From positions 212,350,001 to 212,414,000 of the forward strand of contig OX597815.1 of NCBI GenBank assembly GCA_951406725.2: a stretch of DNA of 64,000 nucleotides, read 5' to 3'. A program made the translations under genes and the position numbers. The DNA comes from Octopus vulgaris. Taxonomy: Eukaryota. Under the pieces are notes generated by a model that saw only the letters and a list, made by a program, of their open reading frames with translations, did no database searches and was not told the origin of the DNA. The stretch's first letter is position 1; the number at the start of each line of letters is the position of its first letter. Below, one piece after another: positions 1 through 13,674 of the stretch.

Positions 1-279
1 TAAGAATAACTTCTTGTTTGTCCATAAATAAAGATACATTGTAGAAAAGCACATCTTTTTAGCAGCATCCAATTGTAAAAATAAACACTTTTCACTGAGA
101 TGAGGATTTTATGGTTATTTGTTACTCATCACTAAGTGTGTTGGTGGGGCAGGGTGTTTTTTTTTCTTTATGGGATCTTCTTTATATTCTGTATGAATGG
201 GGAAGTATTATGCATTGCCCTATACATCAGATGGAGTCATCAAACATGGCATGCGTGTTAGTATTTTAATTTATATGGA

Positions 280-879
<600 letters not shown>

Positions 880-880
<1 letters not shown>

Positions 881-1525
881 TTTGCCAAAAGCTTGGCAAC
901 ACCTGCTCAAAGGCTGAAGCAAAATTTTCAAAAAGTTTTCCTTGTTCTCAACACAATCAAGGAGATCTTGTGCAACTGAAACCCAAGTGTCTTTTTGGTC
1001 AGCTGAAAGCAGTTTTGGCACAAACTTCGCAGACACACATCTCATACCTGTCGGTAATAATGGACTGAACTGAACCATAGCTAATCTGTTCATCCTCTGA
1101 TAACTCAAGGATGTTGATTCGATGATCTCTCCTCACAGCTGCACACACGTCTGTGATGTTGTGGTGTTTGTCTCAGTTCTGCTGGTTGCGGGTCTCCCAG
1201 AACGTTCATCAATATCGACGTTTTTTCAGCCAGCTTGGAAACACCTGAAACACTCATACACTCCTCTCCATACACTTTCTGCAACTTTGAGTAGGCTTCT
1301 GAGCAGGTATCGCCATGACAACTTCCTGTGTTATGGTCAATGTGGTGATCACATGCTACGCACCTTCCTTCCAAGCACTGCTGTAAACAGTGGAAGTGAG
1401 CTAGAATGGTAAAACTTAGCACACATACACAACAGAGTTCAAGGTCAGTCTGAGCTAAGTGGCTTCACTCAGCATCCTTTAGTTTTGTTACTATGGCAAC
1501 GGTCTGAATACTTAAATAAAACATG
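880..1525 (-). pseudogene. Degenerate mariner transposase fragment (N-terminal HTH to linker)
   Basis: Frameshifted pieces SEAYSKLQKVYGEECMS and RCVSAKFVPKLLSADQKDTWVSVAQDLLDCVENKENFLKIL, where FVPKLL corresponds to the mariner WVPHEL linker. Confidence 0.85.
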
Positions 1526-3782
1526 TAACAGTTGTCCACCGAGGGTCAATGTAATTTTAGTCCGTGTGCCTATAGTAAAAAGGATTATTATTATTATTGA
1601 GTGGGAGAGCAGTGCATGCCATCAAAGTGATACCGAGGTAAAATATACGAATATAATATCAAGTTTGCCAGAGAAAGGAGTAACAGTGTTTATGACCTAT
1701 AAAAGTCCTCTGGTATGACTGATACCCTGAGACTGATGTGATTTATACCCTCTCTGAATATTTTGCATGTTGATGTCAGCAAGAAACAACATCAACAAGA
1801 AAGAAACTGGAATTACAGTTTAAATGCTCTTTAAAGAGTTAGCTCCATTAAAGGCACTAAAAGACTAGGTGGAATTAACAGGTGATATATTAGGCCTATT
1901 ATCCTTACAATATCCTTCTTAATAGTAAAAAAGGAAATAATTTCATTTTTAGCTAAGTTGTGTGAGGCAAATAAGGCAGTTTAACATAAATTGTCCAAGG
2001 GACAAATAGCCTAACATTTTATTATAAAGATGCTGAGCTCTGAATCCAACATTTTAACAACATAATAAATATCTTAACAATGCAATAGATATTAACTAAT
2101 TTAGTGAATTATCAATTTTATTTTAATAATTAGTCAGTTTTGCAGGTCCTAAAAAATCATCACCAACCGACAAAATTTGGACATCGTAATAGCTATTTGT
2201 CAGAACCATTGTTTGAATGTCCCAATATTGAACGCTGACATGAGTTGCACATTTAATAAAAGTTTTCCAGTTCTCTAAATACCAAACAATACAATATCTT
2301 TCACACCTCACATGGCAGACAAAGGTTTTGTTAGTCATATCATCAACAAAACCAGCTGTCCTTTCAATATTCTTGCTATGACTCTCAAGTTTAGTACATT
2401 TGTTGTAGCCTTCAGTTCAACCCTCTTTAAGGGCATGTGTCCTTTAATGGAGACACATGAAAGTCATATGACTTCTTTTCATCCTACTTTCACCTCAAAA
2501 TATATTAACTTATTTAGCTCAGCAATTATCATCATCCAGTTGTGGTTCATGCCACCTTTATCGTCTTTCAGGTGATGGAGATAATTATCAACTACAACTT
2601 CATCATGCCCCCCCCCCCCCGCCCCTAGTTGTTCTTAAAAAGCAAGAAGTCTACAGCTTTCCCCAAGATCAATAGAGGAAGTGGGGGGTACCCCCCCCCA
2701 TCACTCAAACTGGACATGTGACAGCTCAACGCACACACAGCATTTCTGTTTGAAAGTTTCTTTATTAGTCAGTGCAGCACACAGCACATTAACTAGAATA
2801 CTACAATGAAACCACAGTCAATCAGAAACTCTATAGTCAACACCAAACCATATCAAAACTCACCTCCACTAAATCGACTTTACCACACTAGCCTGCACCG
2901 TACTGTACAATAACAAACCCTATTCTGCATAATATAATGAGCTAAGATTTATTTTTCCCATGTATTGACTAACTGTCAACCAACACTTGGACGTAACCTA
3001 GATATTAAACTTTTGTTTCATTCCTTTATCTCCTTTTTTGCAATAACACCCACATTTATAAGTGTTTTTGTTGCAATACTGGACAGTATACAATCAAACA
3101 ATGTATGACTGGTCATTCTCAAAAGAATATTGCTCTGCTGGACATTGTTGAACTTTTATTGAATCAGATATCAGAAATCTAATGATATTGATTTACAATA
3201 TTGAAAATTAATAGTAAATGGATAAATGGATAAATGTATGTTGTGATCATACATATCTGTACAAACATATTAGATCATTAAAGATATTTAACATACACCT
3301 TCTCTCTCACACTATCACTCACTGTACAAGTATGCACACATATCTAAATACTTATATATAAGAATATAAACAAGAATTCATACAGCTTACAGGAACATAA
3401 CTTCCCAACCTGATCAGGATGTATTTTATTTAATGTATAGAAATAAAGTGGACTATTTATTCTATCATTTTTGTTTCGGTCATTTCACTGCAGCCATACA
3501 GGAGCATCACCTTTGGTCAAACAAATTGATTTTTTGTAAGCCTAGTACTTATTCTGTTGGTCTCTTTGGCCAAGCTGCTAAGTTATGGGAACATAAAAAC
3601 ACCAATATCGGTCGTCAAGCATTGCACAGACACACAAATACACACACATATATAATTTGGACAAGCTGATAGTTTTACTTTGATCAGAGCAAAAATCAAC
3701 CTTTGAAAGATTTGACCATAAACAGTAAGGAATAAAACATTTTTGTTCTTTTAAGTTAAAAAGCATGCATGCTCATGTGGTT

Positions 3783-4100
3783 CATCATCATCGTTTAACG
3801 TCCGTTTTCCCTGCTAGCATGGGTTGGACAGTTCAACCAGGGTCTGGGAAGCCAGGAGACTGCACCAGGCTCCAGTCAGATATGGCAGTGTTTCTACAGC
3901 TGGATGCCCTTCCTAACGCCAACCACTCCAAGAGTGTAGTGGGTGCATTTTACGTGCCAGGGGAGGCTGGCAACTGTCACAATCAGTTGGTGATTTTTAC
4001 ATGCCACCGGCACGGAAGCCAGTCAAGGTGGCGCTGGCATCGACAACGTTCGGATGGTGCTTTTTACATGCCACCGGCACAGGTATCACAACTACAATTC
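3783..4100 (-). mobile_element. RTE-LINE 3' UTR/tail copy (others at about 6385-6545, 13185-13578, 17845-18020, 19490-19752, 44700-44920, 55440-55668)
   Basis: CATCATCATCGTTTAACGTCCGTTTTCC...CAGCTGGATGCCCTTCCTAACGCCAACCAC, shared with 42716-43407. Confidence 0.8.
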
Positions 4101-4970
4101 CCAACATCGGTTGTCAAGTGATGGTGGGGGACAAACACAGACACAAATACACACACACACACACACACACACAGATATATATACAACAGGCTTCTTTCAG
4201 TTTCCGGCTACCAAATCCACTCATAAGGCTTTGATCGGCCCAAGCCTATAGTAGCAGACTTGCCCAAGGTGCCATGCAGTGGGACTGAACCCAGAACCAT
4301 GTGGTTGGGAAGCAATCTTTTTACCACACAGCCATGCCTGCGTCTGCAAACCCAAGCAATTTTATTTGTTTATTCGTACAATTTTCTCTCTTTCTCTCTC
4401 TCTATTATACATATATTATTATAGTACTATATATATATATATATATAGAAGAGTTTTAAAATGTGCCAATTTAAAGCAAGTACATTAACTGGGAGGGGGG
4501 AGGATAATAACTCGATACCGAAAGTAGAGTCTTATTATTTTAATATTGAAGACAACTGCCATTTCCAATATTGATTATTTATTTATTGCAATGTAAAATT
4601 CATAGAGAACATCTACTTCCTAACAGGAAAGGATGTAGCACAGTTGCTTGAAAGGGCAAAAAAAAAATGGACTAGGGACAAAAACCAAGATGAATAAATA
4701 ATACAACTCTTTGCAAATAGTTTCCCATCAGAGCCTTTAAGTAAGAGAAGGTATAAGAGAGTGCATGTGGATGTATAGAGATGCTTAGGCGTGTGTGAAT
4801 TATATGCAAACACACACATTCTCTCTCTCTCTCTCTCTATTCACAAAGACATATATACTCAGAAATCAGTTTGATGAGGGATGGGCTCTATTAGAGTGAC
4901 TTGATTATGTCAGTCTACAAAGATGAAAAACTTCTATGGTGCTTCAATGAGTCATGAAATATTGTTCTTT

Positions 4971-5004
<34 letters not shown>

Positions 5005-5086
5005 CTATCTACCTCATACACACACCTCTTTCCCTTATACATAAATTATCTCCCCTACTATATACGTATCTTAATAGTAAAGATAC

Positions 5087-5282
5087 TATTTCTTTACTAC
5101 CTACAAGGGGCTAAACACAGAGGGGACAAATGGATTAAGTCAATTATATCGACCCCAGTGCGTAACTGGTACTTATTTAATCAACCCCGAAAGGATGAAA
5201 GGCAAAGTCAACCTCGGCGGAATTTGAACTCAGAACGTAACCGCAGACGAAATACTACTAAGCATTTCGCCAGCTCGCCGCC
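5087..5282 (-). mobile_element. tRNA-derived SINE with a Deu/Nin-like central domain
   Basis: 20-bp target-site duplication TATCTTAATAGTAAAGATAC (5067-5086, 5283-5302); B-box GAGTTCAAATTCC; CCTTTCATCCTTTCGGGG core. Confidence 0.9.
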
Positions 5283-5481
5283 TATCTTAATAGTAAAGAT
5301 ACACCCCTCCTCTCTCTCAATCATACACACACCTCTTTCCTTCTTACATAAATTACCTTACCCTCTCATACACCCATATACTATAGCTGTAATATCGATA
5401 CCTCTCTCTCTCTCTCTCTCACTGCTCACATCTTTTTCTCTATGGAAAATACAAGTATGACAGGTATAATTAATAACTTAC

Positions 5482-5496
5482 CTTCCTTTCGCCCAT
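5482..5496 (-). CDS. Putative alternative first coding exon (D): MGERK (phase 0)
   Basis: AAAAATGGGCGAAAGGAAG|GTAAGT: strong start context and a perfect donor. Phase 0 matches the end of exon C in the ESIEAVRS frame. Confidence 0.55.
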
Positions 5497-5897
5497 TTTT
5501 GAAATATCCTCCCTTTGTATTTTTTTGTTTTACAAAATCAAAAAGAAAAAAAAATTCATCAAAGCACTTGTTAATGTCACCAAACCAACAGAACCCTTTT
5601 GGACTAATGTAAAACCATTAGTTTTTCTTTATATCTGCTTAATTACACAAATGTAAACCACAGAGGGACCTACTAAAAACATTAGCTCAATATCTATTGA
5701 CAAACCCTACCAGCCTTAAAAAGAAAGAATGCCACATTAGATAATGTAGTGTATCCCTCCATCCTCTCTGCCCACTATTCCTGGAAGGGCTGCGAGTTTC
5801 AGTCCTCAAGCTCCTCCTCCATAAGGTCCTATCAGAATGGTCATTAGACATTCCAGCTGGATTTCCAACTGTGACCAGCTGAAAACCATGGATTTAA

Positions 5898-6111
5898 CCC
5901 TTTCGTTACTGTATTTAGTTTGAGATGCTCTGTTTCTTTCAATTACTTTAAATATAACAAAGAATTCAGTAAAATAACTTAGTTATCATTCAGCTAGTGT
6001 TAGGAACATAAATTGTGACCTAAGGTTTGGTGGAAGATTTTAATTCAAAACTTATGAAAACAAGACATTTGTACTACAGAGCCGGTTTCAGCCGGGTTAG
6101 TAACGAAAGGG
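5898..6111. mobile_element. piggyBac-type MITE, family 1
   Basis: TTAA|CCCTTTCGTTACT...AGTAACGAAAGGG|TTAA: 13-bp TIR with TTAA target duplication. Confidence 0.85.
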
Positions 6112-6610
6112 TTAATCCCATTTTTAGTCTACCCTGGAGTTTGGCTTGAAGAATCTATCTTGGGATTCTTTCCCATGACATTTTATAACAGGTCCACAGT
6201 ACCAAAACTGTGACATTTCAAAGTGGAGAAGTGGTAGTTTAACCAGGAGAGATTTCCTGATCTCCAAGTCATGCATCCTGACAAGCAACATTACTCCAGA
6301 GATCCTTTAGAGGAACCATAGTTTAGCTGTTTGTATTCACAATCAAACTCTTCAAGTCATTACCCAACATTCATCACTATAAATCATCGTTGTCATCATC
6401 GTGATTTAACACCTTCTCTCCATGCTGTCATGAGTTAGAAGGTTTGATTGGAGCTGGCAAGCCAGAGAGCTGCACCAGGCTCCAGTCTGTTTTGGCTTGG
6501 TTTCTATGAATATATGTCCTTCCTAATGCCAACCACTCTACAGAGAGTCTAAAAGCCAAATTGAAGATAGCAAGTTTGTATTTTTTTTACCAACATCTCT
6601 TCTGAAGATC

Positions 6611-6727
6611 AGAAGGTGATCTCCAGTATCCATCAAAGAGATGAGAAGGTGATCTCCAGTATCCATCAAAGAGATGAGAAGGTGATCTCCAGTATCCATC
6701 AAAGAGATGAGAAGGTGATCTCCAGTA
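6611..6727. repeat. 33-bp minisatellite, 3.5 identical copies
   Basis: Unit AGAAGGTGATCTCCAGTATCCATCAAAGAGATG. Confidence 0.95.
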
Positions 6728-7676
6728 CACAAGGCAGGGATGAGAATTATTGTTGTGAAAACTGAGATATTGGTCCACTCAAGAAAGTCTTCCTCGTGCC
6801 TTCTGCATGTTAGTGAAACACCACTGAGACAAGTGGAGAAGTTTAAGTATCTCAGGTCCTAAGCACTTAAAGATTTTGGTGACACCATATATATGTAGTT
6901 CAAAATTTAAACAATGATAAGTCATAAAATGATTTTTTTTTTCAAAATAAAACAAAACTAAGAGTAGGATGGGAGAAAATGTTTATTTTATCTTTTTATG
7001 ATTCCACTTTATATTTCAAAAGTTTTCTCCTACTTTTTTCTAATTGTTAAGTCTTCGATCAAATCCTTCCTCTGACACTATGAATACTTTAAAATTATAT
7101 TTCTGATCATAATTTTAAGTGATTTCTTTTGTGCTGTCAACAATTTACCATTTCTGTGGTGCCTCCACTTCCTTTGATGCCCTAAGCACAGGCTTATTTT
7201 GATTAATGGTTAATCCAGCGCTGCAAGACTATTCACAAGATATGAGAAGTGGGGGGCTAAATAAGATGCTAGTATTGCTGGTGCTAACACACCAATGTGC
7301 CAGAGGCAACACAATGTAGTCTATTCCTGAAAATTAAACAGAATGGCCAAGATTTGGCTACTTTTGATTGTAGGTCTGCTCATAAATGGTGACCTGCTTT
7401 GTAAGGTATTGCATCTGTTATAGATTTTAAAAAATGGAACAGCACAATTTTTTAATCATGTTCTACAATCTAAATCAAGCAATTATTTCACCTTAATAAA
7501 GTAGGGTTACAGGAATTGTTTTCTTAACTATTCTTTCAGTAACACAGCAAAATTATAAGAAACATGTGTTTTCTAACAGAAAAAAAAGAAGAAGAATAAC
7601 TAGGGTAGTTAGTTCACTCTAGAAAATAACAAAATTACTGTTTCTCTTCTATCTTATTCTTTTGGGGCCCCATGCT

Positions 7677-7707
<31 letters not shown>

Positions 7708-7877
7708 TACTCTAATATTTTTGTCTATTTTGAGGTTATTCTGCCAATAAAGTAGGGTTATATAATTGTTTTAAACTATTCCTTTATGCAAAAAGAAAGA
7801 AAGAAATATGACTTTCTTTTAACTTCTTGTGCATAGTCAGCTATTTCTATGTAATTCAGAAGATGACTTCACAAGTA

Positions 7878-7984
<107 letters not shown>

Positions 7985-8057
7985 AGAAAATGGAGGGAAA
8001 ATAACAATAAAAAGTATGTCTTTTGCACTAGGAAGCCATTATTTAATTAGGTGAGAG

Positions 8058-8148
8058 TGAGTTTACGATCGTTTCTGTGTATCATGGTGAGGAAAATATA
8101 TATTTAAATTTTAGCCTCGTTGCCAATGGTAGACATCATCAGAATGAA
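8058..8148 (-). ncRNA. Hammerhead ribozyme-like motif in the left arm of a Penelope-like remnant
   Basis: Minus strand: CTGATGA-TGTCTACCAT...ATGATACACA-GAAAC-GATC-GTA, with palindromic stem III. Stem I is decayed. Confidence 0.55.
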
Positions 8149-8314
8149 GAAGTCAGAAGTAGAGAAGAGCGAAAGGTAGAGAGATACATCGGAAAAGAAA
8201 ATGATCGGAGGTTTGAAAGTCTTACTTTATAGTTAGGTTCAGTGTCAGTTAAATCCATTGTGAGGTGGAAGAAGGATAGAAGTTAGGTGAATCTGTGATC
8301 TCATGATCATTGAA

Positions 8315-8509
8315 CCCTTTCGTTTTTGATATGCTCTGTGTTTCTTTCAATTATTTTAAATATAACAAAGAATTAGTTATCATTCAGCTCGTGTTAGGAA
8401 CATAAATTGTGACTAAGGTTTAGTGGAAGATTTTAATTCAGAACTTATGGAAACAAGACATTTGTACTCAGAGCCAGAGGTGGTTTAAGCCAGGTTGGTA
8501 TCAAAAGGG
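8315..8509. mobile_element. piggyBac-type MITE, family 1
   Basis: Same body as 5898-6111; CCCTTT...AAAGGG|TTAA. Confidence 0.8.
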
Positions 8510-8540
8510 TTAAGAATTGTTTCTCTATTATATATTTTAA

Positions 8541-8760
8541 CCCTTTTGTTACCATATTTCTGCTGAGATGCTCTGTGTTTCTTTCAATTATTTTAAATAT
8601 AACAAAGAATTTAGAAAAATAACTTAGTTATCATTCAGCTAGTGTTAGGAACATAAATTGTGACTAAGATTTGGTGGAAGATTTTAATTCAAAACTTATC
8701 AAAACAAAACATTTGTACTCAGAGCCAAAGCCGGTTTCAGCCAGGTTGGTAACAAAAGGG
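8541..8760. mobile_element. piggyBac-type MITE, family 1
   Basis: TTAA|CCCTTTTGTTACCA...TGGTAACAAAAGGG|TTAA. Confidence 0.85.
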
Positions 8761-9310
8761 TTAATAGCATGGCTTCCACATGTCTGTGGCTTCTGGGGGT
8801 TGACCGGAGATGCAATGAAAGGGAGTTAAATCTAAAGGGACAACCAGTTCAGTTATAAGGACCTTTGTGTCAGTAAGTTATAGGTTGTAGGCAGTTTGTG
8901 TTTATATAGGAAGCCGTAAAGTATAAATCAAGTGTCGGTTCGATCTCGCATGTGGAGAGACTCATTGCCAGAGAGGAAGAGTGCAAAGAGAAAGGACAAC
9001 GATGCTAAAATATAAATATATATTTCCCTCACCATGGTACACAGAAACTATCGTAAACTCACTTTCACCTTTCTTAGCTAATTAAATAATGGCTTCCTAG
9101 CGCAAAAGACACACTTCTTATTGTTAGTTTTCCTCCATTTTCTTATCGTCTATATAAATTAAACTATGGTTTACCCGCTAAATTACCTGCTGCCGTATAC
9201 CTTTTACCAAGGACTATACCTACTGAAGTAATTACCAGGGGTGCCTTTGGATATATCTATCCCTTAGAGACTTTAAACCCCTCTAACTTATACCTGTCTG
9301 TATGTATGTA

Positions 9311-10105
9311 TATATATATATATATATAAAACTCAACTGTGTGTCTCTGTGTTTAACTTCCCGGCACATCTCCTCCTAGCCAACAAATCGTAGAACCACC
9401 AAAAGTGGGTCACTTAAAGTTTAGGCGAATGAAAATTGAACTGTGCTATTTCTGTTCCGAAATTCATCTCGCAAGTGCAAAAATCGATAATGTGTTTGTT
9501 TAGGCCTTATCCCATGCATTGAATAGTGAACTTTACTCAGTCAGCTGTTTGACATGAACTGTGTTCACCACGCACGCAAGCATGCGTAAATTGCATGAAA
9601 AATAAAAAATCAAGATATAATTTCTATAATGTTTACACATTGTAGAAATTCGGCAAAGAAATGAATTTTCTGGATATAGCCTGGAGGGTTTTTTTTAAAT
9701 AATCGTTTGGACTTTGTGGACACATACCAATTGTTTTCATAACATTTTTAATGCTTTGAATTAAATGTGACCATTTTGCGTTGAGTCTGCAGTTTGAATC
9801 ACTTTAACCAAATTTTAGCAGGTCGGATTTTTGATCATCACGATACATCGCCAGCGACTCCCTGAAACTCTACCCTGAAATCCCCGTTGAGAAATATTGA
9901 TCTAAAAGAATAATTCAACAATGCAATTATTTGATCAACAAAAATTTATGAAACGCTTCTACGTATGTCCTATTGAGGAAATGGAACACATAAGCGCAAA
10001 AATAGAGGGCATTAAAATGCTTGATTTTGAATTTTGATTGAACTTCATCCAAGTTTAGCTTAATTCACGCGTGCATAGAACGCACGAGCCGGGCAATACT
10101 GCTAG
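9311..10105 (+). mobile_element. Non-autonomous Helitron
   Basis: Starts in TATATATAAAACTCAACTGTGTGTC and ends GCCGGGCAATACTG-CTAG|T; the 3' end is shared with 24147-24540. Confidence 0.7.
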
Positions 10106-10119
10106 TATATATATATATT

Positions 10120-10748
10120 TGGTTAAAAAGAGAGACAGAAGATGGAAGATATGAGAATATTTATTACTCACTACAACTGTTTCGACCTATCAAGCATCAA
10201 TCCCTCACATGCTTTACTGGTAAGCTACCAGGTATATACCATATGTTTTATCATCAAATATGCGTATATATATATAGGTGCATGTGTATATACACTTATA
10301 TGTATGTGTATATTATATATTATGTATATGTACTCATTCTTGTATGGGTGTACCTTCTCTGATATTCATATTTAGATTGTACTTTATAATCTCTGAAGAG
10401 GCCTTGGGATATATTTGTAAGTGTCTCATTTATAACCACATCATCATCATCATCATCGTCGTTTAACGTCCGATGATGATGATGATGATGTGGTTCACAC
10501 CTGGCTTATATGAGCATAATGAGATACTCATATCTACATGGCTGAAACAGCTGTAAGATATAGTTTATATTTATATTTATTTATACGTATTGTACTTATG
10601 GTATCATATTACTCATTGATGTGTACTGTTTTGTTCAGTATTATTGTTTGACCTTGATGTTCATATGTAGTTGGTTAATAAATTACGTGAATGGGTATTA
10701 TCTGGTAGTTGATTATTGATTAAGGTGTATTTCTCCATTTTCTTATTT

Positions 10749-10750
<2 letters not shown>
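10120..10750. mobile_element. Penelope-like remnant between TA tracts
   Basis: Inverted half-hammerhead near 10172-10187 (minus GGTCGAAACAGTTGTA) plus the full plus-strand hammerhead at 10385-10562. Confidence 0.45.
10385..10562 (+). ncRNA. Type I hammerhead ribozyme motif (Penelope-like minimal type) with extended stem II
   Basis: ATCT-CTGAAGA(10393-10399)-GGCC...GGCT-GAAAC(10544-10548)-AGCT-GTA-AGAT. The core is intact, stem I is ATCT/AGAT and stem III is the palindrome ACAGCTGT. Confidence 0.65.
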
Positions 10751-10791
<41 letters not shown>

Positions 10792-10943
10792 ATAAACAAC
10801 CTGTTTGTGCCTTCACAAAAAAATATTCTATTTGACAAGTTCAAAAAGAAACGAACAAAAGCTCTAATAATAATAACTAAAAAAAATTCTTTTTCCAAAA
10901 TTCTGACGACCTCCTCTTTTATATATATATATATATATATACA

Positions 10944-10977
<34 letters not shown>

Positions 10978-11276
10978 TTATACATGTATTCCCATCCCAA
11001 TTTCCTACAGAAAATTACTTCTATTCAATGAGGAATGCAGAAGTGGATTTCTTTAAAAAGAAAAGAAAGGAAAAGAGGGCTGCGTGTGAGGAAGAAAGAG
11101 GGGCTTTATGTGTAAATGGAGCCACTCCCAATGAAATCTCTTTTCAGCTTCCTTTACAGTATGAGAGACTATATCCCATTACATTTAAGTAGAACTAAAG
11201 AGTGTAAGTATAATAACCATTTGATATTTATGGGAATGAGATTTATGGGACAGCTTTATGGAAGTTTCTAGACTAC

Positions 11277-11865
11277 GGCTGGCTCGGTAGTAAGAAGTTT
11301 GCTTCCCAACCACATGGCTCCTGGTTCAGTCCCACTGTGTGGTGCCTCAGGCAAATGTGTCTTTTACTGTAGGCGAGGCCCAATCAAAGCCTTATAAGTA
11401 GATTTGGTACATGGAAGCAGAAAGAGTGTGTGTCTGTGTATGTGTGTGTGTGTGTGTGTGTGTGCATGTGTTGTTGTTGTTAAGCAACAAGACGGGTAAG
11501 GGTGATTAGGTGATGGTCTAGGGCTTAGGGCGGGAGACCCCAGACCTTGGGGGGAAAAAAAAAACTGGTTGTCTTGTTGTAATCAAGGGCTCTTCGTTGA
11601 TGCCCAACACCACTGGGAGGTGGCCCTCAAAGTCGCTGGAAATGGAGAACTCCAGGTCCAAATTCTTGAACAGTGAGTGTAATATGTGTGTGTCACAGCT
11701 TGACAACCAGTCTTGGTTCTTTTTTTTCTTCTTTTTTTCTTTTTTGTGACCCAAAACACAGTGACTTGACATAACAGACTTAAAAACGAAAGTAATGGGG
11801 TCAATTTGTTCAACTGGGATCTCAGCATGGCTTCAGACCAATGACTGAAACAAATACAAGATAAA
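11277..11865 (+). mobile_element. CORE-like tRNA SINE interrupted by a 200-bp element
   Basis: Family head at 11277-11425 and body at 11690-11865. Confidence 0.8.
11470..11670 (-). mobile_element. ~200-bp (AAC)n-tailed retroposon, copy 1
   Basis: Highly similar to 12770-12976 and inserted within a SINE microsatellite. Confidence 0.7.
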
Positions 11866-12769
11866 ACAATGTACTTTGCCTCTCTTATCTGCACAGACAA
11901 CTTGTAAGATAGAATCTCTTCACATATCACAGGCATATGACACAGAAACAATTTCTTGAGATAGTAAAACCAAAGAAATTGATATAACCTCAATAACCAA
12001 CCAATTGGTTATGTCCTGACAGCCATATAAGCACTTACAATTTATGATGTCATATAGCTCTTTCTTTTATCTTTTACTTGTTTCATTCTTTGAATTGTGG
12101 TCATACTGGGGCTCCACTTTGAAGGGTTTGTCCGAGGCGATAGTAGAAGACACCTGCCCAAGGTGCCACGCAGTGGGACTGAACCCGGAACCATGTGATT
12201 GGTAAGCAAGCTAATTACCACATAGCCACTCCTGTGCCTATACATATATATGCACACACACACAGTATGTATGAGTGTCTTTCTGTTTGTTAACTTCACC
12301 ACAACGACTACACTTGACAACCAGAGTTGGTTTGTCTATGTCCCTGTAACCTTGTGGTTCACCAAAAGAGACTGAAAGAATAAGAACCAGACTTTCAAAA
12401 AACAATAAGTGCTGGGGTCAATTTGTTCAACTGTAACCTTTCAAAACAGCTACTCTAGCATGGCCACAGACCAATTACTGAAACAAGTAAATGATAAAAG
12501 ATAGGTTATCATACATTATCAAGAAAAACACCACTGCCTCTCCCCCCTAAACATGAGTGGCACTCAATTAGGAGCTTCAAGGTCACTCCAAACTATAGGC
12601 CTCTTTATCACCAAGGATCTCTATTGGAAAAAGCACAACCATAACAAAGCTAGGACCACATACCAAAGACTGGACCTTATCTTCAAGGCTAGAAAATATA
12701 TCAACCCCTAACAATGCTCAAATGAGGTCCACAATGGTACACTTCTCCCACAACCAAAATAGTGTTGCT

Positions 12770-12976
12770 GTTGTTGTTGTTGTTGTTGTTAAGCAACTAG
12801 AGGGGTAAGGGTGATTAGGTGATGGTCTAGGGCTTGAGGGTCAGAGACCCCAGACCTTGGAAAAAAAACTTTGGTCATCTTGTTGTAGTCGAGGGCTCTT
12901 CATTGACGCCCAACACCACTGGGAGATGGCCCTCAAAGTCGCTGGAAATGGAGATCTCCAGGTCCAAATTCTTGAA
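12770..12976 (-). mobile_element. ~200-bp (AAC)n-tailed retroposon, copy 2
   Basis: Same ends as copy 1; inserted in a LINE fragment. Confidence 0.7.
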
Positions 12977-13057
12977 TGGCTGCTGCTGCTGCTACATGCA
13001 AATACAGACATCTTGGATCACTTCTAGAGAAAGGCTTACTTAACTGATTGGTATTAA

Positions 13058-13674
13058 TCTTTTAGCATTTAAACCAGACATATCCATCCCAAATATTCTA
13101 CCTGTTTTATGTTCAAGCCAGCTAAACCCAGCCTCTCACACCTATCATACAATGTCATTTTAAAAATAAATTATGTGATTCTGACGGTGATGGAGCTACT
13201 TAAAAAAACATCCAGTCTACACTGTAAAGTAGATGGCATTTGGAAGGGCATCCAGCCGTAAAGACCATGCCAAAACTGACCCCCACCTGTACTGGTGCCA
13301 CATAAAAAGCACTCAGCCCACTCTGTGGGGTTGTTGGTGTTAGGAAGGGCATCCAGCTGTAAAGACCATGCCAAAACTGATCTCACCTGTACTGGTGCCA
13401 TATAAAAAGCACTCAGCCCACTCTGTGGGGTTGTTGGTGTTAGGAAGGGCATCCAGCTGTAAAAACCCTGCCGAAACAGACACAGAAGTATTGTGCAGGC
13501 TTCTGTCTGGCCAGCTCCTGTTAAACTGTTCAACCCATGCCAGCATGGAAAGCAGATGTTAAACAATGATCATCATCATTAAAATCTCAAAGCTACAAGA
13601 TGATATATGATTAATTCAAAACAATGTGAATAAATAAGCAAAATATTTAACAGAGTAATCTGAACATTAAAGGG
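13058..13674. mobile_element. piggyBac-type MITE, family 2, interrupted by an RTE 3'-tail insertion (~13185-13578)
   Basis: TTAA flanks at 13054 and 13675; the MITE body resumes after the (ATG/CAT)n tail. Confidence 0.7.

Noticed and set aside
2280-3000. Possible LTR-retrotransposon remnant (also about 23886-24144 and 24545-25230)
   Set aside because: No paired LTRs, TSDs or recognisable protein motifs could be confirmed by eye.
3765-4121. Recurrent LQLDALPNANH peptide ORFs
   Set aside because: They are antisense translations of the RTE 3' UTR repeat.
5482-5496. Naming the gene from MGERK (matches the CCDC130/YJU2B start; ankyrins also use phase-0 alternative first exons)
   Set aside because: Five residues are not diagnostic and no downstream conserved exon is in the window.
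6611-6727. CRISPR-like periodicity
   Set aside because: The units are contiguous with no spacers, the context is eukaryotic and there are no cas genes.
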